Of a DNA stretch of 64,000 nt, positions 29,921 to 40,577 are shown in pieces. Both the position numbers and the translations under genes were made by a program. The stretch is from Vulcanimicrobiota bacterium (lineage in GTDB: Bacteria > Vulcanimicrobiota > Vulcanimicrobiia > Vulcanimicrobiales > Vulcanimicrobiaceae). The stretch is taken from NCBI GenBank assembly GCA_963812155.1, contig CAWETW010000002.1:128001-192000 (forward strand), written 5' to 3'. The notes beneath the pieces were generated by a model. That model had not been told where the DNA came from. It saw nothing but the letters and a program-made list of their open reading frames with translations, and made no database searches. The stretch's first letter is position 1, and each line of letters begins with the position of its first letter.

Positions 29921-30511
29921 ATGAGCGTTATTGACCTCCAAACGAGGGACGTCACAGCCATCGAGATTGCACTGGATCTGGAAATACCGCGTTTGTTGGA
30001 TTCCTCGCAGTTTTTCTTTTCCGGGCCGTCCGAGCCGCGCATTTGCCTCATCGCGGGTTTTGCTCTCACCGCGCAATTGAAACTCACGGTCGCCGCCGTC
30101 GGCCGGGCGGTGCCGGCGCGAATGCCTTCCCGCGTCCAAGTCACTTTCGCGAATTCGCGCTCGCCGACGCTACCCGGAGCTAGTGGGATCACGATCCAAC
30201 CAATGCTCGCTCTTTTACGTTTGCAATCGAGACTGGTTCGCGCTATCGAACCAGGCTTGGCCAATGAAGTCGTTTCGTTTCGTACGAAGCGCGAGATGGA
30301 AGAAAGCGCCGCGCAGTTCATCAGCGGCTTCATCAATCGCAAGACCCTTCCGACGTTCGAGCCGCCTAGGGCATTCGCCGACTTCGACGCGACGGAGTTG
30401 AACGTAACCGGGCTCACGATTTATCGCTTAGGGCGCGGCGGCGCACCGGAATCGATCCTCGCGCACTGGGCCGGCGTCCAAGTCGCTGCAACGCTCCGGA
30501 ATCCCGACTAA
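29921..30511 (+). CDS. Hypothetical protein resembling a degenerate 2H-phosphoesterase (2'-5' RNA ligase-like)
   Basis: VTAIEIAL, GITIQP...LLRLQ, IYRLG..G pattern recalled from that family; no HxT motifs. Confidence 0.55.
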   Translation: MSVIDLQTRDVTAIEIALDLEIPRLLDSSQFFFSGPSEPRICLIAGFALTAQLKLTVAAVGRAVPARMPSRVQVTFANSRSPTLPGASGITIQPMLALLRLQSRLVRAIEPGLANEVVSFRTKREMEESAAQFISGFINRKTLPTFEPPRAFADFDATELNVTGLTIYRLGRGGAPESILAHWAGVQVAATLRNPD

Positions 30512-30523
30512 AGGAATTACGAC

Positions 30524-31408
30524 ATGCGCGCAATGGCTATTGCTTTCTCAGCGCTGGCGGCCACGGTAATGTACTTTACGACCTGCACCGCTTCAGACGC
30601 TCAGCCTACGCCCGAAAGCACGCCGGATAGCGGCGTAACCTCGCCATCGCCCGCACCTTTGCCGGCTGCCGAGAACTCCGCGGCGCCTCAGACGTCTGCG
30701 TCGCCCCAAAGCTTTGCGGTGCCGACGGAGCCTCCGCTCTACCAAATGAACGACGATATCTTTACGATCGACCGCGACGCGACGCTATTCTACTACTTCC
30801 AAGGAAATAACGATGGAACCGGCAAGGCCAAGTACGAGTTTCGGTACGGCAGAAATCTCTGGAACGACAACGCGCAGATACGGATACGAATTCCAGTCTT
30901 AACGAAGTTTCCGGTCGACGGTGATCCGTATTCGGGGCTCGGCAACATTGAGCTCGGTTATTCGTACAACGTGTCGTCTCCGACGTTCGATCACTCGCTC
31001 GAAATACGCGGCTCGTTTGCGACCGCGGCGAACAACGTGTCCAGCAACGACACGCAGCTTAAGGCGTTCTATACCACCAAGTGGAAATGGAAAGGCGGCT
31101 CGATCGCCTATGCGAACGAGTACGATCAGACCGTCATCCAGCCGCCGGGTTCATCGTACACGAGCTATTACGAAGGTAAGCTCACCCTCCCGGAATATGC
31201 CTTCAAGACGTTGCGCGGACTAAAGTTTTCGGCGTTCTACAACTACCGTGTGCTCTTCGACTCGGGAGGCATTTGGAAGGGCGCGCTTGGCGGCACGATC
31301 TTCGGCAACATGAAAGACGTCGCACTGTCGCTCACCGATTCGTGGGGCATCGGCGACCACGGGCTGTGGAAATACAAGTTCGAAGCCAATGCGACGGCGA
31401 GATTCTAG
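30524..31408 (+). CDS. Putative outer-membrane beta-barrel channel
   Basis: Signal peptide, P/S/T linker, amphipathic aromatic strands, C-terminal Phe (KFEANATARF). Confidence 0.65.
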   Translation: MRAMAIAFSALAATVMYFTTCTASDAQPTPESTPDSGVTSPSPAPLPAAENSAAPQTSASPQSFAVPTEPPLYQMNDDIFTIDRDATLFYYFQGNNDGTGKAKYEFRYGRNLWNDNAQIRIRIPVLTKFPVDGDPYSGLGNIELGYSYNVSSPTFDHSLEIRGSFATAANNVSSNDTQLKAFYTTKWKWKGGSIAYANEYDQTVIQPPGSSYTSYYEGKLTLPEYAFKTLRGLKFSAFYNYRVLFDSGGIWKGALGGTIFGNMKDVALSLTDSWGIGDHGLWKYKFEANATARF

Positions 31409-31447
31409 CATGACGATCGCGATTCACGTGAACGGGCACGTCGCGCA

Positions 31448-33145
31448 ATGATCGCTTGGTTCGTATCCACCCTGCAGCACAACGCGGAGCTCGCAATTTT
31501 TTTAACGCTCGCGATCGGGTATTTGGTCGGGCCGTTAAAAATTGTGGGGTTCAATCTCGGCAACGTGACGACGACCCTGCTCGCCGGCGTGCTCGTCGGT
31601 CAGCTGAATATTCCGATTCCAGGGCCGCTCAAAGCCTTCGTTTTTCTGCTCTTCCTCTTCGCGGTCGGGTATAAGGTTGGGCCGCAGTTTTTCGCCGGAC
31701 TGAGGCGTGACGGCGCTACGCAAATCGTCTTTGCGGTCTTTACGTGTTTGGTGATGCTTGCGATGGTAACGGCGTTTGCCAGCATCGTGCACTTCAACGT
31801 CGGCGAAGCGGCCGGGCTTCTTTCGGGCTCGCTCACGCAGTCGGCAGCCATCGGAACGGCAAGCGACGCGATCGGACGCCTTAGCCTGGATCCCGCGGTC
31901 ACGAAGACGCTGCAAGATCAGATCGCGGTCGGCTACGCCGTTGCCTACGTCATCGCTACCACGACCGGCGTGCTGGTTTGCTCGCGGCTCGTTCCGGCTC
32001 TCTTCCGGTTCGATCTCGCCGAGGAGTCTAAGAAACTTGGCGAGCGGATGGGCTTCAAGCCGGAGGTTCCCGCCGGCGTATTCGGAGCCTACACGGTTAA
32101 CAGCATTCGCGCGATTCGGTTGAACGCCGACGGAATGGCCGGACGAACCGTCGGGCACGTCGAGGACGGTTTCGAGCAGCGTGGCCAACGCGTTTTCGTC
32201 GCGGCGTTTAGACGGGACGATCGGATTACGACCGCTTCCCGAAGTGACGTGCTGCGAGAAGGCGACGTCATTGCGCTGGCGGGGCCGTCTGAAACCGTGA
32301 TTCCGGAAGCCTCCGGAAAGGAAGTGCACGACCCGACACTGCTCGACATACCGCTTGCGCAGCTCGACGTGGTCGTTACAAATCCAGCCTTGGCCGGCCG
32401 TACCGTGGAAGAGATTATGACTGGGCGGGCGCGGGGAGTCGTGCTCAAAAAGATTACCCGCAGTACGCTCGACGTTCCGGTTCTTCCGCGCACGGTGTTC
32501 GAACGGGGTGACACGTTACAGATCGCCGGCTTTCAAGCCAGCGTCGAAGCGGCCGCCAAGGTAATCGGCTACCCGTTGCGGCCATCGGCTTCCGCGGACG
32601 TCGTCTTCGTCGCTACCGCGATCGTCATCGGCGTATTGGTCGGGTCGCTTAGCATCGTCGTCGGCGGCATTCCAATCGGCTTAGGCGGCAGCGTCGGCGC
32701 TCTGGTCGCAGGGCTTGTCGGCGGCTATTTGCGCGCGAGATACCCGACCTTCGGCAACATATCGCCGGGCGCGCAGTGGGCGTTTGACTCGTTTGCGCTC
32801 ACCGTCTTCGTCGCCGTCGTCGGCATTCAGGCCGGTCCGGGCTTCATCGCCGGCATTCAATCCGTCGGCTTGCCGCTCGTCGCCGGCGGCGTTCTGATAC
32901 CCCTCGTTTCGTTGCTGATCGCGGCCGTCTTTGGGAAGTACGCACTGCGGCTCAACAACGTGATACTCTGCGGCGCGCTCGCGGGAGCGGACACCTCGAC
33001 CGCCTCGTTCGGTGCCGTTCAAGATGTTGCCAAGAGCAATCTCGTCACCCTCGGATACACGATAACCTACGCCATCGGCAACGTCTTGTTGACGGTTTGG
33101 GGCACGGTGATCGTCGCAATTTTTGCTCGCAGGACCGCCATTTAA
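31448..33145 (+). CDS. aspT: Aspartate:alanine antiporter (AspT/YidE family)
   Basis: FLFAVGYKVGPQFF, TQSAAIG, central TrkA-C domains, LGYTITYAIGNVLLT; directly upstream of aspD. Confidence 0.92.
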   Translation: MIAWFVSTLQHNAELAIFLTLAIGYLVGPLKIVGFNLGNVTTTLLAGVLVGQLNIPIPGPLKAFVFLLFLFAVGYKVGPQFFAGLRRDGATQIVFAVFTCLVMLAMVTAFASIVHFNVGEAAGLLSGSLTQSAAIGTASDAIGRLSLDPAVTKTLQDQIAVGYAVAYVIATTTGVLVCSRLVPALFRFDLAEESKKLGERMGFKPEVPAGVFGAYTVNSIRAIRLNADGMAGRTVGHVEDGFEQRGQRVFVAAFRRDDRITTASRSDVLREGDVIALAGPSETVIPEASGKEVHDPTLLDIPLAQLDVVVTNPALAGRTVEEIMTGRARGVVLKKITRSTLDVPVLPRTVFERGDTLQIAGFQASVEAAAKVIGYPLRPSASADVVFVATAIVIGVLVGSLSIVVGGIPIGLGGSVGALVAGLVGGYLRARYPTFGNISPGAQWAFDSFALTVFVAVVGIQAGPGFIAGIQSVGLPLVAGGVLIPLVSLLIAAVFGKYALRLNNVILCGALAGADTSTASFGAVQDVAKSNLVTLGYTITYAIGNVLLTVWGTVIVAIFARRTAI

Positions 33146-33157
33146 GGAGTAACCGTC

Positions 33158-34786
33158 ATGGCCACCCAATCGACCGAATCCGATCCTCTCGAACGCTTTC
33201 GCAGGTTTGAGACGCTCAGCCCCTTCGAACTCAAAGACGATCTGATCAAACTTGCAAAGGATCCGGAGAGCGTTCACGTGTTCCTCGATGCGGGGCGCGG
33301 CAATCCAAACTGGATCGCCACGACGCCGCGCGAGGCATACTTTCTCTTTGGACGGTTCGGCATCGAAGAGTCGAAGCGGGTTTGGGACGAGCCCGGCCTC
33401 GGAGGAATGCCCAAGAAAGACGGGATCGGCGCGCGATTCGACGACTTCGTGAAGCGGAACGCGAGCGAGCCGGGCGCGGCCGCGCTCAAAACGAGCGTCG
33501 AGTACGGCGTGCAGAAACTGGGCTTCGACAAGGACGCATGGCTCCACGAACTCGCGGATGCGATCATCGGCGACATGTATCCGGTACCCATGCGCATGGG
33601 CCGCCACATGGAGCAGGTCGTGCGCGCATACCTCGTTCGCGAGATGTGCGGCGACTCGCCGCCTCCAGGCACGTACGACGTCTTTGCGGTCGAAGGCGGA
33701 ACCGCAGCCATGTGCTACATCTTCGACTCGCTGATGGTCAACGGTCTGCTCAAGCGCGGAGACCGAATAGCATTGGCGGTGCCGACCTTCACGCCGTATC
33801 TCGAGATCGCGCATCTCGACAAGTACGCGTTTGAAACCGTGGAAATCGACGCGAGCGGCACGTACGACTCCGGCGCGCATTCGTGGCAATATCCCGACGC
33901 CGAGATCGACAAGCTGCTCGACCCCAAGATCAAGGCCTTCTTCGTAGTCAACCCGAGCAACCCGCCGTCGTACGCACTACAGCGCTCGACGCTCGAGCGC
34001 ATCGCGAGGATCGTGCGCGAGCAACGCAAAGACCTCATCATCATCACCGACGACGTCTATGGCACGTTCGTCGAGGGCTTCGAGTCTCTCATGAAATACG
34101 CGCCCCGCAACACGATCACGGTCTACTCCTACTCGAAATACTTCGGTTGCACCGGCTGGCGTCTCGGCGTCATCGCAATCCATCAAGACAACGTCTTCGA
34201 AGAAATGATCGCAGCGCTGCCCGAGCCGGAGAGGGTCCGCCTACGCAAGCGGTACAGCCCGCTCACGCTCACGCCCGACACGATCAAGTTCATCGACCGC
34301 CTCGTCGCCGACAGCCGTCAAGTCGCACTGAATCATACCGCCGGACTCTCGATGCCGCAGCAGGTGATGATGACCTTCTTCTCGCTCTCGGCCCTCACCG
34401 ACTCGAAGAACGCCTACCGCGACCTCACGCGCCTTATTTGCAAGCGGCGCATGGAACTGCTTTGGAAGGGGTTGAATCTGCCGCTCGTTCCCGACGCGAA
34501 TCGGGCGGACTACTACTCGACCTTGGACCTCATGAAGTGGGCCGAACTCACGTATGGCGATAAATTCATGAAGTTCCTCGTCGACAACTACCACCCGCTG
34601 CAGATCGTTTTTGCGCTGGCGACCTTCCATTCGATCGTGTTGCTCAACGGCAGCGGCTTTGGAGCCCCGGATTGGTCGGTACGCGTCTCGCTGGCAAATC
34701 TACCCGACGAGGCATATGGCGAGATCGGTGCCGATCTCTCCAACGTCGCGCAGACTGCGCTCGAGCGGTGGAAGAGCCAAGGATGA
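33158..34786 (+). CDS. aspD: Aspartate 4-decarboxylase
   Basis: LSPFELKD, AGRGNPNW, EGGTAAM, VNPSNP, TDDVYGTF, PLP Lys in YSYSKYFGCTGWRLG, ALNHTAGLS. Confidence 0.95.
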   Translation: MATQSTESDPLERFRRFETLSPFELKDDLIKLAKDPESVHVFLDAGRGNPNWIATTPREAYFLFGRFGIEESKRVWDEPGLGGMPKKDGIGARFDDFVKRNASEPGAAALKTSVEYGVQKLGFDKDAWLHELADAIIGDMYPVPMRMGRHMEQVVRAYLVREMCGDSPPPGTYDVFAVEGGTAAMCYIFDSLMVNGLLKRGDRIALAVPTFTPYLEIAHLDKYAFETVEIDASGTYDSGAHSWQYPDAEIDKLLDPKIKAFFVVNPSNPPSYALQRSTLERIARIVREQRKDLIIITDDVYGTFVEGFESLMKYAPRNTITVYSYSKYFGCTGWRLGVIAIHQDNVFEEMIAALPEPERVRLRKRYSPLTLTPDTIKFIDRLVADSRQVALNHTAGLSMPQQVMMTFFSLSALTDSKNAYRDLTRLICKRRMELLWKGLNLPLVPDANRADYYSTLDLMKWAELTYGDKFMKFLVDNYHPLQIVFALATFHSIVLLNGSGFGAPDWSVRVSLANLPDEAYGEIGADLSNVAQTALERWKSQG

Positions 34787-35949
34787 TTCGCGTTTTCGCC
34801 GCGGGCCTTCTGCTCGGAGTTTGCGTCGTAACCGCCGGCTGCGGCCACGGCAATGAGGCGAACGAAGCAAACGTCGCGCCCCCGCCGCCGACCGTGGTCG
34901 TGCAGACCGTTCGCCGCGAAACCGTGCCCATCGCCGAAGACTACGAAGGCACCTTCGGATCGGTCGAGAGCGTGGAGATTCGCGCGCGAGTCGAGGGAAC
35001 GCTGGACCGCGCGCCGTTCAAAGAAGGCGACCTCGTGCGTAGAGGCGATCTCGTTTTCGAGATCCAGCAGAACGAGTATATCGCCGCGCTTCGAGCGGCA
35101 CAGGCTCAACGCGCACAAGCGCGCGGGAATCTGTTCGCACGCCAGGCCGCACTCGCACGTGCGAACACGACGGTCGCGCGAAACCGGCCACTTGCCGCCG
35201 ACAGAGCGATACCGCAAAAAGACCTCGACAATGCGATTCAAAACGCCGAAATCGCGAAGGGCGACGTTCTGGTCGCACAGGCCCAGATTGCGTCGGCGCA
35301 GGCTGCCGTCGACAACGCGCAGATCAATCTCGGCTACACGACGATCTACGCGCCGGTGACCGGCTTGATCGGATTCCTCAACTACGACGTCGGCAACGTC
35401 GTCGGCGGACAGGGTACGCAAGTGCTCGACACGATAAACTCGATCGATCCCATCAAAGTCAACTTCGCGTTGGACGAGCCGACGTACTTGGCCTTGTCGC
35501 GCAACCGGACTGACCCCAACGTCAGCGGGCTGAGATCTCAAGAGTTGAGAATCATCTTGGCAAACGACCAGAGCTACGCTTACCCAGGAACGATTTACGC
35601 TTTTAGTCCCACGGTCGACCCGAAGACGGGGACGATCAACGTCGAAGCGAGGTTCCCCAATCCCGAGGGTCTCCTTCGCCCGGGCGGTTTTGCTCGGGTG
35701 CGCGTCGTCGTCGAAAACCGGCGCGATGCGTTGCTCGTACCCCAAACGGCAATCACGAAGTCGCAAGGCGTCGATACGGTCTATGTCGTCAACTCGAAGA
35801 ACGAAGTCGTACTTCGGTCGGTCACACTCGGCACTCAATATAAGCAGTCGTTCGTCGTGAATTCCGGGATCAATTCCGGAGATCGCGTCATCGTCGAGGG
35901 TACGCAGAAAGTGCAACCCGGTGTGAAAGTCACCGTAAAGGGAAAATAG
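34783..35949 (+). CDS. RND periplasmic adaptor (membrane fusion lipoprotein)
   Basis: Lipobox TAGC; EIRARVEG, IYAPVTG, VDPKTGT, FPNPEGLLRPG; ATGA overlap with aspD. Confidence 0.92.
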   Translation: MIRVFAAGLLLGVCVVTAGCGHGNEANEANVAPPPPTVVVQTVRRETVPIAEDYEGTFGSVESVEIRARVEGTLDRAPFKEGDLVRRGDLVFEIQQNEYIAALRAAQAQRAQARGNLFARQAALARANTTVARNRPLAADRAIPQKDLDNAIQNAEIAKGDVLVAQAQIASAQAAVDNAQINLGYTTIYAPVTGLIGFLNYDVGNVVGGQGTQVLDTINSIDPIKVNFALDEPTYLALSRNRTDPNVSGLRSQELRIILANDQSYAYPGTIYAFSPTVDPKTGTINVEARFPNPEGLLRPGGFARVRVVVENRRDALLVPQTAITKSQGVDTVYVVNSKNEVVLRSVTLGTQYKQSFVVNSGINSGDRVIVEGTQKVQPGVKVTVKGK

Positions 35950-35951
35950 CG

Positions 35952-38900
35952 GTGGCACACTTCTTCATAACCCGGCCGATCTTCGCGATCGTCCTATCCA
36001 TCGTGATCGTCATACTGGGGGGCGTCGCGATCCTCGTGCTTCCGGTGGCGCAATTCCCGCCGATCTCGCCGCCCCTCATTCAAGTGCAAACGACCTACAT
36101 CGGTGCGAGCGCTTCGGTCGTGGAGCAATCGGTCGCGTCGGAGATCGAGAACGAGGTCGTCGGCGTCGACAACCTGATTTACATGCAGTCGACCAGCTCG
36201 TCGAGCGGTCAGTATACGCTCAACTGCACGTTCAAAGTCGGTGCGGACATTCAAAAGGCGCTGATCGACGTGCAAAACCGCGTCGGGCAAGCCACCGGAA
36301 AGCTACCCGAATCGGTCAATCGGTTCGGGATCACGGTTCAAAAGAAATCGCCCCAGATCTTGATGGTGCTTGCGCTCTACTCACCAACCAATTCGTACGA
36401 CCGCCTCTTTCTCAGCAACTACATGACGCTCAATCTGATCAACCCGCTGCTCTCCGTTCCGGGCATCGGCGGCGAGAACACCATCGGGGATCAAGACTAC
36501 GCGATGCGCGCCTGGGTGCGCCCCGACCGATTGGCCAAATTTGGTTTGCAAGCGAGCGACCTTGCCGACGCGGTCAGCAAGCAGAACGTGCTGATTCCGA
36601 CGGGTGCCGTCGGCGCGCTGCCGGCTCCGAAGAACAATCAATTCCAACTTTCCGTCAACGCGCAAGGCCGGCTCGTCGATCCCAAGCAGTTCGGAAACGT
36701 CGTCGTCCGCTCCAATCCGGATGGATCGATCTTGCGCTTGCGCGACGTTGCGAGAGTCGAACTGGGCGCACAACTTTATCAGACGCTCGGATCGCTCAAC
36801 GGGCGACCCGCTACCCTCGTAATTCTGTATCAAACTCCCGATGCTAACGCGCTGACGACCGTAAAAGCGATCCGGACGAAAATGGAGGACCTCTCCAAAG
36901 CGTTTCCGCCGAGCTTGAAGTATGCGATCGCCTACGACAGTACGCTCTTCGTCAAGGATTCCATCAAAGACGTCATCAAGACGCTTTTCGAAGCGATCGC
37001 GCTCGTCATCATCGTCGTTTTCATCTTCTTGGGCAGTTTCCGATCTTCGTTCATTCCGATGCTGGCCGTTCCGGTTTCGCTCATCGGAACGTTCATCGCA
37101 TTCCTTCCACTCGGGTTTAGCGTCAACACGCTGACGCTTTTTGGGTTGGTGCTCGCAATCGGCATCGTCGTCGACGATGCGATCGTCGTGGTGGAGGGCG
37201 CCGAGCATCACATCGAAGCGGGGCTCGAGCCGTTGGCAGCCGTCGAAAGGGCGATGAAAGAACTCACCGCGCCGATCCTCGGCATCTCGCTCGTTCTCAC
37301 GTCGGTTTTCTTGCCGTCGGCCTTCATTAGCGGCATCACGGGCCAGCTCTATCGGCAGTTCGCGCTCACCATCACGATTTCGGTCAATCTTTCGGCGATC
37401 GTCGCGCTCACGCTGACGCCGGCACTCTGCGCGATCATTCTTCGCAAGCGAACGCGCATGTGGGGACCTCTTGGATGGTTCATCGACCACTTCAACAACA
37501 TTTTTGGAGCGGTAACGAAGGGCTACATGGGGCTGCTAAACTGGCTCATGCGCCGGGTAATTCTGGTCATTGGATTGCTTGCCGCATTCTACGTGCTCGT
37601 CGCACTGCTCGGCATGAAGCTGCCGGGCGGCTTCGTGCCGGATGAGGATCAAGGCGTCGTCTACGCTTTGGCGCAGCTTCCCTACGGCTCATCGTTGGAT
37701 CGTAACGCCGCAGTCGTCGCTAAGATGGAAAACGATTTGAAGTCGGTTCACGGCGTTGCCGACGTCATCTCGCTTGCCGGTTATAATTTGCTGACGTTCA
37801 TTCAGTCGCCGGACACGTCGAGTTTCATCGTCGTGCTGCATCCTTGGGAGGAACGAACCAAAGAGCACCTGACGCTGCACGATATCGTTGCCCAAATCGG
37901 CCAGAAGATGAACGCCTATCCCCAAGCAGCGTCGTTCACGTTCGTGCCGCCGACGATCCCGGGACTTGGGAACGCGTCGGGCTTCGCCTTCGAGCTACAA
38001 GACACCGGCGGTCACACGGTCGACCAGCTCGCCACCGTTGCGGACAAGGTCGTCGCCGAAGCGCGCAAGCGGCCGGAGCTTACGGCGATCAACAATACGA
38101 TGCGAACTTCGGTCCCGCAGCTCCAGCTCGACGTCAATCGCGACAACGCTGCCACGAGAGGCGTGGCGGTGAGCGACGTTTTCAAGCAGCTGCAGGCGTG
38201 GCTCGGCGGCATGGTCGTTGACGAGTTTACCTACTTCAATCGAACGTGGGACGTGATGATTCAAGCGGAGCCGCAGTATCGTGCGACTCAAAATAGCATC
38301 TCGTCGATTTACGTTCGCAATAACACCGGTCAAATGGTGCCGCTGCGAGCGGTATCGACGGTACGCCGCGGCCTCGGCGCCGATTTCATTCAGCGCTTCA
38401 ACACGAACCGCGAGATCGAGATATTCGGCGCGAATTCCGCGGGGTATAGCACGGGACAGGCAATCGCCGCGATGACCGAGGTCGCGAAAAAGACCGTACC
38501 GGCCGGTTACACGTACGGTTGGTCCGGCACGGCCTACCAAGAAGTCGCCGTCGGCAATACGCAAAACATCATCTTCGCGTTTTCGGTACTGCTCGTCTTC
38601 TTGTCGCTCGCGGCGCAGTATGAAAGCTGGGTGATGCCGCTGGCCGTTCTCCTCGCGGTCCCGACCGGCATCTTCGGCGCGTTTCTTTCGGTGCTCTTGT
38701 GGCGGCTCGATAACAACGTCTACGTGCAAATCGGCATGATTTTGGTGATCGGACTCGCGGCGAAGAACGCCGTGCTGATCGTCGAGTTCGCGCGCGAGCG
38801 GCGCGCCCACGGCGCCTCGATTGCGGAGGCGGCGAGGGACGCGGCTCGCCTGCGCTTCCGGCCGATCCTCATGACGTCATTCGCGTTCATCATCGGCGTC

Positions 38901-39116
38901 ATTCCGTTGATGTTTGCGCACGGTGCCGGCGCGGCATCGAGACACTCGCTAGGCTCGACCGTCTTTGCCGGCATGCTCGCGGCAACGTGTTTCGGCATTT
39001 TCTTCACGCCGTCTCTCTACGAGCTCTTCCAGCGGTTCGCCGAGCGCAAGAAAACCAAGACCAAATCCGACGTGTCGGCGGAAGCCGCGATTCCCCCGAG
39101 CGAAGAACCGGCATGA
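35952..39116 (+). CDS. HAE1/AcrB-type RND permease
   Basis: FFITRPIFA, GIVVDDAIVVVE, GLAAKNAVLIVEF, RFRPILMTS (proton-relay residues present). Confidence 0.95.
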   Translation: MAHFFITRPIFAIVLSIVIVILGGVAILVLPVAQFPPISPPLIQVQTTYIGASASVVEQSVASEIENEVVGVDNLIYMQSTSSSSGQYTLNCTFKVGADIQKALIDVQNRVGQATGKLPESVNRFGITVQKKSPQILMVLALYSPTNSYDRLFLSNYMTLNLINPLLSVPGIGGENTIGDQDYAMRAWVRPDRLAKFGLQASDLADAVSKQNVLIPTGAVGALPAPKNNQFQLSVNAQGRLVDPKQFGNVVVRSNPDGSILRLRDVARVELGAQLYQTLGSLNGRPATLVILYQTPDANALTTVKAIRTKMEDLSKAFPPSLKYAIAYDSTLFVKDSIKDVIKTLFEAIALVIIVVFIFLGSFRSSFIPMLAVPVSLIGTFIAFLPLGFSVNTLTLFGLVLAIGIVVDDAIVVVEGAEHHIEAGLEPLAAVERAMKELTAPILGISLVLTSVFLPSAFISGITGQLYRQFALTITISVNLSAIVALTLTPALCAIILRKRTRMWGPLGWFIDHFNNIFGAVTKGYMGLLNWLMRRVILVIGLLAAFYVLVALLGMKLPGGFVPDEDQGVVYALAQLPYGSSLDRNAAVVAKMENDLKSVHGVADVISLAGYNLLTFIQSPDTSSFIVVLHPWEERTKEHLTLHDIVAQIGQKMNAYPQAASFTFVPPTIPGLGNASGFAFELQDTGGHTVDQLATVADKVVAEARKRPELTAINNTMRTSVPQLQLDVNRDNAATRGVAVSDVFKQLQAWLGGMVVDEFTYFNRTWDVMIQAEPQYRATQNSISSIYVRNNTGQMVPLRAVSTVRRGLGADFIQRFNTNREIEIFGANSAGYSTGQAIAAMTEVAKKTVPAGYTYGWSGTAYQEVAVGNTQNIIFAFSVLLVFLSLAAQYESWVMPLAVLLAVPTGIFGAFLSVLLWRLDNNVYVQIGMILVIGLAAKNAVLIVEFARERRAHGASIAEAARDAARLRFRPILMTSFAFIIGVIPLMFAHGAGAASRHSLGSTVFAGMLAATCFGIFFTPSLYELFQRFAERKKTKTKSDVSAEAAIPPSEEPA

Positions 39117-40549
39117 AATTCGTCGTCGCGCTGATCGCGCTCGTTCAGCTCATCGCATCGTGCGTTCCGCCGACACCGTCGGCCCCGCCGAACGCAGAGA
39201 TGCCGCAGGTGTATCGCGGCGAAGCATCCACGGCTTCGTCGCTGGGCGATCTCCCTTGGCGCAAGTTGTACGAAGACCCGGTGCTGCAGGGACTCATCGA
39301 GAAGGCCCTGGCACGCAACTTCGACGTGGAAATCGCCTACGCGTCGATCCTCGAAGCCGAGGCAACCCTCGGAATCACCGCTGCGAATCAGTCCGTGTTC
39401 GTCAACGGAAATGTCCAGGCACCCTATCAGGCAACGGCCGGTGGGAAACCACCCGGCACTCCCAACTCCGAGTTCTATCCGCAGCTGGGAATCGGGGCGA
39501 GCTATCAGGTCGACCTTTTCGGCAAACTCGCGTCGGCGACGGGCGCTGCGCGCAACCGGCTTCTCTCCACCGATGCAGCAAAAAACACCGTTCTCGCGAC
39601 GGTCGTGGCGCAGGTCGCAAGCGACTATTTTCAGCTGCTCGAACTCGACGACGTTTTGAAGCTCACCCAACGAGCGATACCCGTGCGGCAGGAAAACGTG
39701 CGCCTCATGAAGCTGCGCGTTGAAGGCGGCGAATCCTCGGCGCAAGATTTGAGACAAGCCGAGCAATCGCTCTACGAAGTCACGCAGAACGAACCGACGA
39801 TTCGGCAAAACATCGCAAAAACCGAGAACGCTCTCGCCGTGTTGACCGGCGATTATCCGCACGACATCCAGCGGGGCTTGCCGTTGGAGAAACAGGTGCC
39901 GATGCCGGCGGTTCCGCAAACGGGCGTGACCAGCGAACTACTGCAGCGCCGTCCGGATATCGTTCAGGCCGAATATGCGATCGCCGCGGCGGCCGGCGAC
40001 GTCGACGTCGCGCGCAAGCTGCTCTATCCGTCGCTGACGCTCGGCGCCTCCGCCGCGGCGGCGGGGAGCGTCGTTCACGGCCAATACGCCAACGAGCCGC
40101 CGGCGCTCGAACCGCTGTCGGCCATCAATGGGGTTTTCTACGGGCCGTTCGGTCTCTTTTCGATCGTCGCGCAGCTCCTCCAGCCGATCTTCAACGGCGG
40201 CCAGATCAAATCGCAAATTCACCTGGCGCAGGCGCAACAGCAGCAAATCACGGTCTCGTATCTGCAAACGGTCCACCGCGCTTTCGAAGAAGTCTCCGAC
40301 GACGTCGTTTCCTATAACGAGTCCCGGCTGCGCACCGGACAACTCAAGCTCTATGAGGGTGCTTCTCTCGACTCCGTACGGCTCGCGAACGAGCGCTATG
40401 AAAATGGCTACACCTCGTACCTCGAGGTGCTCGATGCGCAGACGCGCGCCTATCAGGCACAAACCGACGTTGCAGCAGGGCAGCTGAACGAACGTTTGGC
40501 GCTCGTACAGCTCTATCTCGCCCTCGGCGGCGGCTGGCAAACGCAATGA
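39113..40549 (+). CDS. Outer membrane factor (TolC/OprM/NodT family)
   Basis: Lipobox [30 protein letters not shown]. Confidence 0.92.
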   Translation: MKFVVALIALVQLIASCVPPTPSAPPNAEMPQVYRGEASTASSLGDLPWRKLYEDPVLQGLIEKALARNFDVEIAYASILEAEATLGITAANQSVFVNGNVQAPYQATAGGKPPGTPNSEFYPQLGIGASYQVDLFGKLASATGAARNRLLSTDAAKNTVLATVVAQVASDYFQLLELDDVLKLTQRAIPVRQENVRLMKLRVEGGESSAQDLRQAEQSLYEVTQNEPTIRQNIAKTENALAVLTGDYPHDIQRGLPLEKQVPMPAVPQTGVTSELLQRRPDIVQAEYAIAAAAGDVDVARKLLYPSLTLGASAAAAGSVVHGQYANEPPALEPLSAINGVFYGPFGLFSIVAQLLQPIFNGGQIKSQIHLAQAQQQQITVSYLQTVHRAFEEVSDDVVSYNESRLRTGQLKLYEGASLDSVRLANERYENGYTSYLEVLDAQTRAYQAQTDVAAGQLNERLALVQLYLALGGGWQTQ

Positions 40550-40577
40550 CACAACTCACGCAACGACAGAGGTGCAC

